NCBI GenBank assembly: GCA_002269645.1
Contig: NIVC01000438.1
Span: 349,379 to 413,378 of the forward strand
Length of the DNA stretch: 64,000 bases
Source of the DNA: Macrostomum lignano
Lineage: Eukaryota
Reading direction: 5' to 3'
In this document: positions 35,501 through 49,200 of the stretch, piece after piece
Layout: every line of letters starts with the position of its first letter
How positions within the stretch are numbered: the first letter of the stretch is position 1
Translations under genes and position numbers: made by a program
The notes under the pieces: generated by a model
Database searches by the model: none
Seen by the model: only the letters and a program-made list of their open reading frames with translations
Told to the model about the DNA's origin: nothing

Positions 35501-38500
35501 TGACAAAAGTAGTGAATGGGTGACTGAAGCAGTGAATGAGTGACAAAAGTAGTGAATGAGTGACTGAAAGTGTAAATGAGTAAATGAAGCTGTGAATGAG
35601 TTGCTAAAATAGTGAATGAGTGGCTGAAACAGTAAACGAGTGACTAAAATGTGAATGAGTGACTGGAACAATGATGAGTGATTGGAGTAGTGAATGAGTG
35701 ACTAAAGTAGTGAATGAGCGACTAAAGTAGTGAATTAGCGACTAAAGTTGTGAATGAGCGAACTAAAGTAGTGAATGAGCGACTTAAGTAGTGAATGAGC
35801 GAACTAAAGTAGTGAATGAGCGACTTAAGTAGTGAATGAGTGACTGAAGTAGTGAATGAGTGACTGAAGTAGTGAATGAGTGACTGAAGTAGTGAATGAG
35901 TGACTGAAGTAGTGAATGAGTGACTGAAGTAGTGAATGAGTGACTGAAGTAGTGAATGAGTGACTGAAGTAGTGAATGAGCGACTAAAGTAGTGAATTAG
36001 CGACTTAAGTAGTGAATGAGCGAACTAAAGTAGTGAATGAGCGACTTAAGTAGTGAATGAGTGACTGAAGTAGTGAATGAGTGACTGAAGTAGTGAATGA
36101 GTGACTGAAGTAGTGAATGAGTGACTGAAGTAGTGAATGAGTGACTGAAGTAGTGAATGAGTGACTGAAGTAGTGAATGAGTGACTGAAGTAGTGAATGA
36201 GTGACTGAAGTAGTGAATGAGTGACTGAAGTAGTGAATGAGTGACTGAAGTAGTGAATGAGTGACTGAAGTAGTGAATGAGTGACTGAAGTAGTAAATTA
36301 GTCACTAAAGCAGTGAACGGATGTACAACAAATCTGTGGGTCAAAAAGACCTTGATTGGCTCTCCGTGAACCCTGAGCTGGTCCTCCCACCGTCTCGGCT
36401 CCTGCTGCTGTCGCTGTCGCTGCCGCTGACTGCCGCGCAGCCTCCGACCTCTCAGCATCCCGCCGTCTTCATCATCATCAGCAGGGGCAGTAGGCTTGGC
36501 CTCCGTCACCCTGCCGTACCGGTACGAAAGCAGAGGCTGCAAGAAGTCGATTTCCTGGCCGTCCAGGTGCACCCGGTGCTCCAGCTGCCAGTCCTCCAGC
36601 TGCTCCAGAATCGGCCGCAGTCCGAGCAGGGAGTTTTCTAAGAAGCTGAGCACGTGCCAGACCTTGCGATGCGGCTTCACCTCCTCTTTGCCGAATGGCT
36701 TCGGAGCGAATCGCCTCTGGTCGCCCTCCTCCTGTACGGAGTTGATGAAGATCTTCGCGGTGTTGGCGGCGTTGATAACGGATTCCAGCTGCCGCTGGTG
36801 CTGCTTGTCCTGGCTGAAGTACAGGTAATAATACCTGTAGATCGGCTTCAGAATCTCGGACGTGATGGCGTTGTGCACGTCACGGAGACGGTAGAACTGG
36901 TTGAGCAGGACTATGAGGCTGTCGAAATCGGAGTCGTTTAGAAATACTTGAGCTCTGGCTTGGCCTCTGAAATGATCCGTGATTGGCTAGATTAGCAATC
37001 CATTCTATTCCAATTGATTTGTGATTGGCTAGATTAGCAAGCCATTCTATTCCAATTGATCTGTGATTGGCTAGATTAGCAATCCATTCTATTCCAATTG
37101 ATCCGTGATTGGCTAGATTAGCAATCCATTCTATTCCAATTGATCTGTGATTGGATAGATTAGCAATCCATTCTATTCCAATTGATCTGTGATTGGCTAG
37201 ATTAGCAATCAATTCTATTCCAATTGATCTGTGATTGGCTAGATTAGCAATCCATTCTATTCTTATTGATCTGTGATTGGCTAGGTTAGCAATCCATTCT
37301 ATTCCAATTGATCTGTGATTGGCTAGATTAGCAATCCATTCTATTCCAATTGATCTGTGATTGGCTAGATTAGCAATCCATTCTATTCCAATTGATCTGT
37401 GATTGGCTAGATTAGCAATCCATTCTATTCCAATTGATTTGTGATTGGCTAGATTAGCAATCCATTCTATTCCAATTGATCCGTGATTGGCTAGATTAGC
37501 AATCCATTCTATTCCAATTGATCTGTGATTGGCTAGGTTAGCAATCCATTCTATTTCAATTGATCTGTGATTGGCTAGATTAGCAATCCATTCTATTCCA
37601 ATTGATCTGTGATTGGCTAGATTAGCAATCCATTCTATTCCAATTGATCTGTGATTGGCTAGATTAGCAATCCATTCTATTCCAATTGATCTGTGATTGG
37701 CTAGATTAGCAATCCATTCTATTCCAATTGATTTGTGATTGGCTAGATTAGCAATCCATTCTATTCCAATTGATCTGTGATTGGCTAGATTAGCAATCCA
37801 TTCTATTCCAAATAATCCGTGATTGGCTAGATTAGCAATCCATTCTATTCCAATTGACCTGTGATTGGCTAGATTGGCAACCCATTCTATTCCAATTGAT
37901 CTGTGATTGGCTAGATTAGCAATCCATTCTATTCCAATTGATTTGTGATTGGCTAGATTAGCAATCCATTCTATTCCAATTCACCCCTCACCCAGCAACA
38001 GCTCACCTGCAGTTGAGAATGACAATAATGTCATGCAGGGTGTCAGCTTTTCTCCATGCTTCTGCATGAAGTAGCGGTCGCAGCGCTTGAACACGGTGTC
38101 ATAGTGAGCGAAATTATCTCGCAGGTGTTCACCGATGGAGTCCAGCGCCTCCAGCAGGGTGCGCCAGTTCCTCTCAACCGCGTGCAGCTTCAGCATGGTT
38201 TCCTGACTCAGCCTCACGTGGGTTTCTGTTGTCTTTCTCGCTGCTGCGAAAGCTTCTTTTAAAGTCACGAGTCATCATCAACCCACCGAGAATCTTAAGC
38301 CCGATAATTAAGCAAACAAACTCAGATGCTACCTTCCACTGCTTCGGCTCATAAGCATTACGAGCCGCCCAGATTTACTCAAATATTGACTTTTAATCAT
38401 TTTATTTGCTTTGAGATGCTTCTTGTGCTGAATTTCTACCTCTTAGTGAGCTTATATGATGAGAAAAGTTAGTACACTGGGTTTTAATGAATTTCATAAA

Positions 38501-39814
38501 AACATTAAATCATACCTGCATTATAAGTAGCGTTATCGCTCCTTCCCACACCCTGTGCTATCCCACACCCTGTCCTATCCCACACCCTGTCCTATCCCAC
38601 ACCCTGTCCTATCCCACACCCTGTCCTATCCCACACCCTGTCCTTTCCCACACCCTGTCCTATCCACACCCTGTCCTATCCCACACCCTGTCCTATCCCA
38701 CACCCTGTCCTATCCCACACCCTGTCCTATCCCACACCCTGTCCTATCCCACACCCTGTCCTATCCTACACCCTGTCCTATCTCACACCCTGTCCTATTC
38801 CACACCCTGTCCTATCCTACACCCTGTCCTTTCCCACACCCTGTCCTATCCCACACCCTGTCCTATCCCACACCCTGTGCTATCCCACACCCTGTCCTAT
38901 CCCACACCCTGTCCTATCCCACACCCTGTCCTATCCACACCCTGTCCTATCCCACACCCTGTCCTTTCCCACACCCTGTCCTATCCCACACCCTGTCCTA
39001 TCCTACACCCTGTCCTTTCCCACACCCTGTCCTATCCCACACCCTGTCCTATCCACACCCTGTCCTATCCCACACCCTGTCCTATCCTACACCCTGCCCT
39101 ATCTCACACCCTGTCCTATTCCACACCCTGTCCTATCCTACACCCTGTCCTTTCCCACACCCTGTCCTATCCCACACCCTGTCCTATCCCACACCCTGTG
39201 CTATCCCACACCCTGTCCTATCCACACCCTGTCCTATCAAACACCCTGTCTATCCCACACCCTGTCCTTTCCCACACCCTGTCCTTTTCTACACCCTGTC
39301 ATATCCCACACCCTGCCCTATCCCACACCCTGTCCTATCCCACACCCTGTCGTATCCCACACCCTGTCATATCCCACACCCTGTCCTATCCTACACCCTG
39401 TCCTTTCCCACACCCTGTCCTATCCCACACCCTGTCCTTTCCCACACCCTGTCCTATCCCACACCCTGTCCTATCCCACACACTGTCCTTTTCCACACCC
39501 TGTCCTTTGCCACACCCTGTCCTATCCCACACCCAGCGCTATACGTACACCTTCAAAAATATTAAATATACATTTGTCAAAAATGTTACTAAAATTCACA
39601 GCTTGCTACTTTCAGTAGATGAATTGCGTACAGCATCAGCAGCAGTAGTAGCAGTGAAACTCTGCTGACTGGCCGTTATAATCTGCCGACCAGTCAACGA
39701 CCAAAGTCGACCAACATTGAGACGATGCGACCGAGCTGAAGCAGAGGTGTTAAAATAGTCAATAATTGCGTTGTTTAGAAACTTCCAAAACGACTTGTTA
39801 TATTCCAAACACTA
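32509..39814 (-). CDS. Multi-exon protein of unknown function with a C-terminal coiled-coil; may extend upstream to exon-like segments at ~41.77-41.95, ~44.3 and ~46.3-46.7 kb
   Basis: Phase-consistent chain: ~38260-37985 (2), 36966-36351 (2 to 0), 35285-34977 (0 to 0), 34249-33906 (0 to 2), 32707-32509 (ends ...LRQEKEASIHSLKQRIDLLNFQKKLILSRLQAPMFTY*). Further exon ~39814-39599. Junctions upstream of 38.2 kb are not resolved and I recognise no family motif. Confidence 0.65.
32750..33650. repeat. Two adjacent intronic minisatellites (31-bp ctctaccctgtctcatctaccttttctcggt; 26-bp cctctccacccgctatcagtcgctag)
   Basis: Tandem arrays directly visible. Confidence 0.9.
34285..34915. repeat. 20-bp minisatellite (tcattcactgtttcagtcac), ~30 copies
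   Basis: Tandem array; inverted relative to 35430-36305. Confidence 0.93.
35430..36305. repeat. 20-bp minisatellite (gtgaatgagtgactgaagta), ~40 copies
   Basis: Reverse complement of the 34.3-kb unit with ~2 differences per 20 nt. Confidence 0.93.
36975..37980. repeat. 42-bp minisatellite, ~24 copies
   Basis: gattggctagattagcaatccattctattccaattgatctgt in tandem. Confidence 0.93.
38540..39535. repeat. 17-bp minisatellite (tcctatcccacaccctg)
   Basis: More than 55 tandem copies. Confidence 0.93.
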
Positions 39815-40051
39815 ACATTTCCCAAGCCTGAACTACTACTAGTAGGTTAAAAGTACATTTACTCAGCAATTTGCTCTGTCAGTCAACAATCGAAAATTGA
39901 TGACAAAAAAGTGCCCTAACCTTGATCGCGTGATGTAATTATAAACCTTTAAATTATAAATAATTCTCTCTTAGAGCTATATGATATTTTTATGCAAATC
40001 AAATATCAGATGACTTCCTGTTGACAGTGAGTTGACAGCCAAAAGCGTAGC

Positions 40052-40102
<51 letters not shown>

Positions 40103-40419
40103 AAGAAAGGGATCCAAATTTCAAATTAGCAAGCTGAAAAGTTACTTCTAGAAGAAAATAATAAAAACGGGGTCAGCTGAAAGCAGCTGGGGGATAGAAG
40201 GGGGATTGTGAAGGAAAGTGGAACGGGGGCGTGGGCCGCGAGCGGGAAGAGGTGATGACTGAAAATGGCGGATGGAGTTCCAAAGTTGGATAAGGCAAAG
40301 CTGGACTGCTGCAGGAAATAGCTGGGCGCATGAAGGACGAGAGGGTACTGAAAAATAGAATAGAGAGATGATGGAAGCGGTAGGAGAGGTGGGGAGGAGC
40401 GAAAAGGGAAAGGAGAATG

Positions 40420-41505
40420 GATAGTGGGATGAGAGTGTGAGATGAGAGTGGGAGATGAGAGTGTGAGATGAGAGTGGGAGATGAGAGTGTGAGATGAGAG
40501 TGTGAGATGAGAGTGGGAGATGAGAGTGTGAGATGAGAGTGGAGATGAGAGTGGGAGATGAGAGTGGGAATGAGAGTGGGAGATGAGAGTGTGAGATGAG
40601 AGTGGGAGATGAGAGTGGAGATGAGATGGGAATGAGAGTGGGAGATGAGAGTGTGAGATGAGAGTGGGAGATGGCAGTGGGAGAGGAGAGTGGGAGATGA
40701 GAGTGGGAGATGAGAGTGGGAATGAGAGTGGGAGATGAGAGTGTGAGATGAGAGTGGGAGATGAGAGTGGGAGATGAGAGTGGGAATGAGAGTGGGAGAT
40801 GAGAGTGTGAGATGAGAGTGGGAGATGGCAGTGGGAGAGGAGAGTGGGATGGCAGTGGGAGAGGAGTGTCAGTGGGAGATGGCAGTGGGAGAGGAGAGTC
40901 AGTGGGAGATGGCAGTGAGAGAGGAGAGTCAGTGGGAGATGGCAGTGGGAGAGAGTGTCAGTGGAGATGGCAGTGAGAGAGAGAAGTCAGTGGGAGATGG
41001 CAGTGAGAGAGGAGAGTCAGTGGGAGATGGCAGTGGGAGAGGAGAGTCAGTGGAGATGGCAGTGAGAGAGAAGTCAGTGGGGATGGCAGTGAGAGAGGAG
41101 AGTCAGTGGGAGATGGCAGTGGGAGAGGAGAGTCAGTGGAGATGGCAAGTGAGAGAGGAGAGTCAGTGGGAGATGGCAGTGGGAGAGGAGTGTCAGTGGG
41201 AGATGGCAGTGAGAGAGGAGAGTCAGTGGGAGATGGCAGTGGGAGAGGAGAGTCAGTGGGAGATGGCAGTGGGAGAGGAGAGTCAGTGGGAGATGGCAGT
41301 GGAGAGGAGTGTCAGTGGGAGATGGCAGTGAGAGAGGAGAGTCAGTGGGAGATGGCAGTGGGAGAGGAGTGTCAGTGAGAGATGGCAGTGGGAGAGGAGA
41401 GTCAGTGGGAGATGGCAGTGAGAGAGGAGAGTCAGTGGGAGATGGCAGTGGGAGAGGAGAGTCAGTGGGAGATGGCAGTGGGAGAGGAGAGTCAGTGGGA
41501 GATGG
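40420..41505. repeat. 13-bp (gagatgagagtgg) array grading into a 30-bp (gagatggcagtgggagaggagagtcagtgg) array
   Basis: Directly visible; also a (GA)n tract at 40055-40105. Confidence 0.9.
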
Positions 41506-41964
41506 GGAATGACGGATCTGTTCATAAAGTCAAAATATTTCTGAACAGGGAAATAGTACCCACTCCCACTAGTACTATAAATCGAGTACTTTTATCTTTT
41601 ATTTATCACGTGTTTCTACGGAAGTGCCTTGAGCTTAACTGAGAAGCAGATTTCACGGTGCACTAGGAAGCTTCAGATGAGAATGGGGGGGTAGGGATTA
41701 TCAGATTAGGGGTATCTTATTTGAAGAAAAAATCCGGCACGCAAAAATATTTACGTGTACTCTACACCTCCTCGGCTATGTGGATAGAGCGGAGTCGCTT
41801 CGCATCAAACTCTGCTCTGTGTCTCGGAAGCCGCCCCAGCGATTTATGATTAATTAATTCATATCTTGCTGGTTGTTTGTATTCAATAGGAGATTTGCTT
41901 TCACTTTGGTAAATATTGATAGACTTGTGCGGATTAGCTGTACGCCCCGCTAAGCTGTTAGTTA

Positions 41965-44275
41965 GTCGACCCTGCCTCTCTCTCTCCCTTCGACTCTGCC
42001 TCTCTCCCTGCATTCGACCCTGCCTCTCTCTCTCTCCCTTCGACCCTGCCTCTCTCCCTGCATTCGACCCTGCCTCTCTCTCTCCCTTCGACTCTGCCTC
42101 TCTCCCTGCATTCGACCCTGCCTCTCTCTCTCTCCCTTCGACCCTGCCTCTCTCCCTGCATTCGACCCTGCCTCCCTCTCCCTCCCTTTGACCCTGCCTC
42201 TCTCTTTCCATTTGACCCTGCCTCCCTCTCCCTCCCTTTGACCCTGCCTCTCTCCCTCCCTTCGACCCTGCCTCTCTCCCTCCCTTCGACCCTGCCTCTC
42301 TCCCTCCCTTCGACCCTGCCTCTCTCTCCCCATTTGACCCCGCCTCCCTCTCCCTCCCTTTGACCCTGCCTCTCTCCCTCCATTTGACCCTGCCTCTCTC
42401 TCTCCCTTCGACCCTGCCTCTCTCTCCCCATTTGACCCCGCCTCCCTCTCCCTCCCTTTGACCCTGCCTCTCTCTCTCCCTTCGACTCTGCCTCTCTCCC
42501 TGCATTCGACCCTGCCTCTCTCTCTCTCCCTTCGACCCTGCCTCTCTCCCTGCATTCGACCCTGCCTCTCTCTCTCCCTTCGACTCTGCCTCTCTCCCTG
42601 CATTCGACCCTGCCTCTCTCTCTCTCCTTCGACCCTGCCTCTCTCCCTGCATTCGACCCTGCCTCTCTCTCTCCCTTCGACCCTGCCTCTCTCCCTGCAT
42701 TTGACCCTGCCTCTCTCTCCCTTCGACTCTGCCTCTCTCCCTGCATTCGACCCTGCCTCTCTCTCTCCCTTCGACTCTGCCTCTCTCCCTCCATTTGACC
42801 CTGCCTCCCTCTCCCTCCCTTTGACCCTGCCTCTCTCTCTCCATTTGACCCTGCCTCCCTCTCCCTCCCTTTGACCCTGCCTCTCTCCCTCCCTTCGACC
42901 CTGCCTCTCTCCCTCCCTTCGACCCTGCCTCTCTCCCTCCCTTCGACCCTGCCTCTCTCTCTCCATTTGACCCCGCCTCCCTCTCCCTCCCTTTGACCCT
43001 GCCTCTCTCCCTCCCTTTGACCCTGCCTCTCTCCCTCCCTTCGACCCTGCCTCTCTCTCTCCATTTGACCCTGCCTCCCTATCCCTCCCTTTGACCCTGC
43101 CTCTCTCCCTCCCTTCGACCCTGCCTCTCTCCCTCCCTTCGACCCTGCCTCTCTCCCTCCCTTCGACCCTGCCTCTCTCTCTCCATTTGACCCCGCCTCC
43201 CTCTCCCTCCCTTCGACCCTGCCTCTCTCTCCCCATTTGACCCCGCCTCCCTCTCCCTCCCTTTGACCCTGCCTCTCTCTCTCCCTTCGACCCTGCTTCT
43301 CTCTCCCCATTTGACCCTGCCTCTCTCCCTCCCTTCGACCCTGCCTCTCTCTCTCTCCATTTGACCCTGCCTCTCTCCCTCCCTTCGACCCTGCCTCTCT
43401 CTCTCCATTTGACCCTGCCTCCCTATCCCTCCCTTTGACCCTGCCTCTCTCTCTCCCTTCGACCCTGCCTCTCTCTCTCCATTTGACCCTGCCTCCCTAT
43501 CCCTCCCTTTGACCCTGCCTCTCTCTCTCCCTTCGACCCTGCCTCTCTCCCTGCATTTGACCCTGCCTCTCTCTCTCCCTTCGACTCTGCCTCTCTCCCT
43601 GCATTCGACCCTGCCTCTCTCTCTCCCTTCGACTCTGCCTCTCTCCCTCCATTTGACCCTGCCTCCCTCTCCCTCCCTTTGACCCTGCCTCTCTCTCTCC
43701 ATTTGACCCTGCCTCCCTCTCCCTCCCTTTGACCCTGCCTCTCTCTCTCTCCATTTGACCCTGCCTCTCTCCCTCCCTTTGACCCTGCCTCTCTCCCTCC
43801 CTTCGACCCTGCCTCTCTCCCTCCCTTCGACCCTGCCTCTCTCCCTCCCTTCGACCCTGCCTCTCTCTCTCCATTTGACCCCGCCTCCCTCTCCCTCCCT
43901 TTGACCCTGCCTCTCTCCCTGCATTTGACCCTGCCTCTCTCTCTCCCTTCGACCCTGCCTCTCTCTCCCCATTTGACCCCGCCTCCCTCTCCCTCCCTTT
44001 GACCCTGCCTCTCTCCCTCCCTTCGACCCTGCCTCTCTCCCTCCCTTCGACCCTGCCTCTCTCCCTCCCTTCGACCCTGCCTCTCTCCCTCCCTTCGACC
44101 CTGCCTCTCTCCCTCCCTTCGACCCTGCCTCTCTCCCTCCCTTCGACCCTGCCTCTCTCCCTCCCTTCGACCCTGCCTCTCTCTCTGCATCCGACCCTGC
44201 CTCTCTCCTCGCCTCTCTCTCTGCATCCGACCCTGTCTCTCTCCTTGCCTCTCTCTCTGCATCCGACCCCGCCTC
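41965..44275. repeat. ~24-28 bp CT-rich minisatellite (ttcgaccctgcctctctccctccc), 2.3 kb
   Basis: Tandem variants; source of the long RE/G-rich pseudo-ORFs. Confidence 0.93.
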
Positions 44276-44629
44276 TCTCCCTGCCTTCTACCCTGAACTT
44301 CCAGCCAGTCTTACTCAAGAAACATGGCGGGCGCTCATTAAAACTAAAAAACCTGAGAAGCTGCCACAGTTGAAAACGTGAGGATTTGAGAAAAGTAGTT
44401 TAAAAGGTCTTTAATTAGAGACAATAAACTGCAGAACCAGACCGCAGTATTGAAGTTCAATACTGCGCTAACCAGAAAAAAACTAACATTCGTTACCGTG
44501 ACAAGCACGAAAGTGGAGTGATAGTCTGAGGCACTGACTGAGTCCATTAAATAAATTAAATAAAATTTATTGAACTCAAAAACTTTTGCATTAATTTAAT
44601 CATTTACTTTGTCGCCTGTTGTCTTAGAG

Positions 44630-46240
44630 TTATTGTCCTGGTGTCCTAGTGTCCTGGTGTCCAAGTGTCCTGATTTCCTATTGTCCTGGTGTCCTAGTGT
44701 CCTGGTGTCCAAGTGTCCTGATTTCCTATTGTCCTGGTGTCCTAGTGTCCTGGTGTCCTATTGTCCTGGTGTCCTATTGTCCTGGTGTCCTAGTGTCCTG
44801 GTGTCCTATTGTCCTGGTGTCCTATTTTCCTGGTGTCCTATTTTCCTGGTGTCCTATTGTCCTGGTGTCCTATTTTTCTGGTGTCCTATTTTCCTGGTGT
44901 CCTATTGTCCTGGTGTCCTAGTGTCCTGGTGTCCTAGTGTCCTGGTGTCCTAGTGTCCTGGTGTCCTAGTGTCCTATTGTCCTGGTGTCCTAGTGTCCTG
45001 GTGTCCTATTGTCCTGGTGTCCTAGTGTCCTGGTGTCCTAGTATCCTGGTGTCCTAGTGTCCTATTGTCCTGGTGTCCTAGTGTCCTGGTGTCCTATTGT
45101 CCTGGTGTCCTAGTGTCCTGGTGTCCTAGTGTCCTGGTGTCCTAGTGTCCTGGTGTCCTATTGTCCTGGTGTTCTATTGTCCTAGTGTCCCAGTGTCCTA
45201 GTGTCCTGGTGTCCTAGTGTCCTGGTGTCCTAGTGTCCTGGTGTCCTAGTGTCCTGGTGTCCTAGTGTCCTGGTGTCCTGATTTCCTATTGTCCTGGTGT
45301 CCTAGTGTCCTATTGTCCTAGTGTCCTATTGTCTTGATGTCCTATTGTCCTGGTGTCCTAGTGTCCTGGTGTCCTAGTGTCCTGGTGTCCTAGTGTCCTG
45401 ATTTCCTATTGTCCTGGTGTTCTATTGTCCTAGTGTCCCAGTGTCCTAGTGTCCTGGTGTCCTAGTGTCCTGTTGTCCTAGTGTCCTGGTGTCCTAGTGT
45501 CCTGGTGTCCTGATTTCCTATTGTCCTGGTGTCCTAGTGTCCTATTGTCCTAGTGTCCTATTGTCTTGATGTCCTATTGTCCTGGTGTCCTAGTGTCCTG
45601 GTGTCCTAGTGTCCTGGTGTCCTGATTTCCTATTGTCCTGGTGTCCTAGTGTCCTATTGTCCTAGTGTCCTATTGTCTTGATGTCCTATTGTCCTGGTGT
45701 CCTAGTGTCCTGGTGTCCTAGTGTCCTGGTGTCCTAGTGTCCTGATTTCCTATTGTCCTGGTGTTCTATTGTCCTAGTGTCCCAGTGTCCTAGTGTCCTG
45801 GTGTCCTAGTGTCCTGTTGTCCTAGTGTCCTGGTGTCCTAGTGTCCTGGTGTCCTGATTTCCTATTGTCCTGGTGTCCTAGTGTCCTATTGTCCTAGTGT
45901 CCTATTGTCTTGATGTCCTATTGTCCTGGTGTCCTAGTGTCCTGGTGTCCTAGTGTCCTGGTGTCCTGATTTCCTATTGTCCTGGTGTCCTAGTGTCCTA
46001 TTGTCCTAGTGTCCTATTGTCTTGATGTCCTATTGTCCTGGTGTCCTAGTGTCCTGGTGTCCTAGTGTCCTGGTGTCCTAGTGTCCTGATTTCCTATTGT
46101 CCTGGTGTCCTAGTGTCCTGGTGTCCTGATTTCCTATTGTCCTGGTGTCCTTGTGTCCCAGTGTCCTAGTGTCCTGGTGTCCTAGTGTCCTGGTGTCCTG
46201 GTGTCCAAGTGTCCTATTGTCCTAGTGTCATATTGTCTTG
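44630..46240. repeat. 8-nt-based satellite (gtgtccta/gtgtcctg/ttgtcctg) with higher-order blocks
   Basis: 1.6 kb tandem array. Confidence 0.93.
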
Positions 46241-49200
46241 ATGTCTTAGAGTCCTGGTGTTGTAGCCTCGCATCATCGTCCCACCGTCCCAGCCCAGCCA
46301 GCGCTCACCAGCTCTGATGCAGCTCGCCCTGTACAAACTCCACTCGAACGGATCAACGTCCAGTTCGTGAAACGCAATTCTATGATCCAGAGAAACCTTC
46401 CGATGGAATCGCTCGTCCGGTCGCGTCACCTCGCCGCCTCTAAGCAGACCCTTGTCGCTTAGGAATACCATTAAAATCTGCTTTTGCAGCGGCGTTAGTG
46501 CAGCGTGTTTGTTGGCAAAAATTCTGCTTTTAATCGGATCCAAAACTCTACAGAAGGTTGAGCTGCAGGAGATAAGCGAAAAAACTCGAATGGATTGCAA
46601 GGTCGAAGTTCGATGGCTGAGGTGCGAGCTTCGCAAAGTCGTTTCTCGATGTAGTTGCGCTGCTTCTGGCTGAGCAGATTAGTAGAGTGGAGCTGGGCTG
46701 CAAGAAATGACTCTTGTTTGGGAAGCACTTCTGGTAGTGGGCAGGCGCTGATTGGCTGGCTGCTAGATGACTAATCCTGAGGGTCTATTGCCCCGACGGG
46801 GCTGATTGGCTGGCTGCTAGATGACTCATCCTGAGGGTCTATTGCCCCGAAGGCGCTGATTGGCTGGCTGCGAGTGAAAGCAATCTGGCAGAGAAGGATA
46901 GGCGACGTGGGCCCAGCTTGAAAAGCGGTCACCCTGAGAACGTGACAGCCGTTATAACCGGATGAACGAGACAGTGATTCAACCAGGTATCTAACAGACT
47001 CCGTGTGCGCACCTGAAACAGCAATGTGCACGTGTAGTAAATATGGCAGTATCATACACATGTACATGTACTGTAGCAAACCAATCGGAGTTAAAGGCTC
47101 TCAGAGCGAAACTTGAACTGTCTTTTTGCCGAAGACAGCTATCAAAATTACATTTGCCAAGCTCGCTAAGACGCATTGTAGAAAACCAAATTTTCCTCGG
47201 GCAATACAGATATTGAAAAGCACTCAACAGAGACAGGCAATGTTTGCAGGCTATAAACAAAATCGTTAAGTGCAGAAAACGTTGCGAGCTTCCAGATAAG
47301 TAGAGGAGAATATTTGAAGCAGACTGTTTGCAGAATGGCAGCGAGGTTTCAACATGTGATGCTCAACGCGCAGTCCCAACTAGTGCTAATCTTCATATTT
47401 TCCTTTATAAATATGAAATATGGTTTCCTTCATAATTAATCGTCTAAATTTAGCACTTTTTGAAGTCAATGCATTTTTTTAATCTGCCTTTGTAGGCCGC
47501 ACGCAAACCCTTTCTTAGGTCGCTTCGTATTCAATTTTCGAAGCAGCTCAACCTGCTTTAATCTCAAATCCCTTTTATTCATTTCCCTCCTTTAAAAATT
47601 AATAGATATTTGCAGGAGGGCTGCGGGCACCCAGGCGCAAAGTCTTCGGCGAGATCGTCATACAATCCAGCGCTGCTGACGTCAACTCCGCCGACTACTG
47701 AGGACACGCTCAAACATGGTGTACATCGGCCCTTTTTCCCCGCATCGCACAGCCTCATATTCCGTTATAGGACCACACCGTCTCCCAAAAGTCCAAGTTA
47801 GCACATTTTTTTCTAGAATTCTCTATATAGTCCGGCTGAACTCAACAGTCTGGCCTTTTTATTAAATATTTCAGCAACAGATCACCTGGCAACTGCCGCA
47901 GCTGTCACGCCTCAGTTCATCAATCCCGCAGATACAGTTCAATTTCGGGTATAAAAGATAGCCAAATAAAATAAATTGGTAAGCATGATGGCACACAGTA
48001 TTATATCAATGCGGATCCATATGTCTCTGGCGAGCTAATATGATAATCTACTGACCGTGACCAGAGCAGATGGACATAAAAGTACATCATAGGACCCAGT
48101 AGCCAACAAATAGGCTCCATGCTAATCTCTAAACCTACAGTATTCTGAATCGGAATTGCAACGCACAAAAGCAAATTAGCTTGGAACAAGCATCTGCTTT
48201 GACGAGCAGACAGACAGGCTGCTGCTGCAACCGCAAAGCCACAGTTATTTTGGTAATTTCGTCGAAACGGGAGCCGCTCGCCTGGGTGATTTGGACAGAA
48301 AATTCATTTAGTATAATTAGCAATTTTTTCCGGAGACGAATACATGGACTAAAAGTTATATAATTTGTTAGAACATCGCACTGTTGTACTTTTAGACAGA
48401 CAGACAGACAAGCAGGCAGGCATTTAGACACAAAGAAAAGACAGACAGACAAGCGATAGGCTAAATGAGAAAAAATAACAATACCGGACCAGGACTGACT
48501 GCATCAAGAAGATAATAATGAACGATTCGATTCGATACTCAGAATTCGAAAACAAGATAAGACAGGCTGGCGTAGAAAAGCCGAAATCAGAGGCATGACT
48601 ACTTTAGCTATTGGTCGGTAGCCGAGCCGGTAGAAATATTGGCAAAAATATGCCATCCAATAGCGACTGCCAAGCTATATAACAAGGCCGTATAAAGTTG
48701 CTGGCAAGTCAAGTCAAGGTTCGCTTGCAGCAAAGAAATTTCCACAATTGTTTTCGAAGAAAACACTAAAAAGTGGCGCTTTTATTAACGGATAGCGACT
48801 TCTTTATCACTGGGTAAGCTACGGCTATGATTTCATGCGAAATTCCTTCTTTATCCGTGCTGGTAGCGACCCAATATTGATACAGTTAGAGGCAGAAAAA
48901 TCGAGGACCGAGAGATTCCCCAGAGGACGGCATGGCAGGATGTGCAAAGCAGATCAACGGAAATTATATCTTTTAGATAGTCCACCGACTCAGAATCTTG
49001 AGCTGAAAGCAATTCTTTTCCGATAGTGCATAGGAAAGTTCGAATACCATTTCTTTTTCCAATTTCTAAAAGTTCCAATTGAACTTTTGAAGAATTCCGA
49101 GTTCCGAGGCTTTTTAAAGGTCAGTTAAAAAGGGGTAGAAAAGAGAAAGGAAATACTTTGCCGGGTTCGAACTAAACAAGGCAATTTATTAGGAACAAAG

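Noticed and set aside
38487-39668. 393/336-aa Pro/His/Cys-rich ORFs
   Set aside because: Frame-cycling translation of a 17-bp intronic repeat.
41762-44318. Several 270-450 aa RE/G-rich ORFs
   Set aside because: They are translations of a stop-poor CT-rich minisatellite in multiple overlapping frames.
44290-44380. Possible plus-strand exon (PASLTQETWRALIKTKKPEKLPQLK)
   Set aside because: No partner exons were found on the plus strand, and the minus strand offers an equally plausible reading; unresolved without RNA data.
46745-46870. 54-bp tandem duplication with CCAAT-like motifs
   Set aside because: Only ~2.3 copies and no evidence to distinguish a promoter from coding or neutral duplication.
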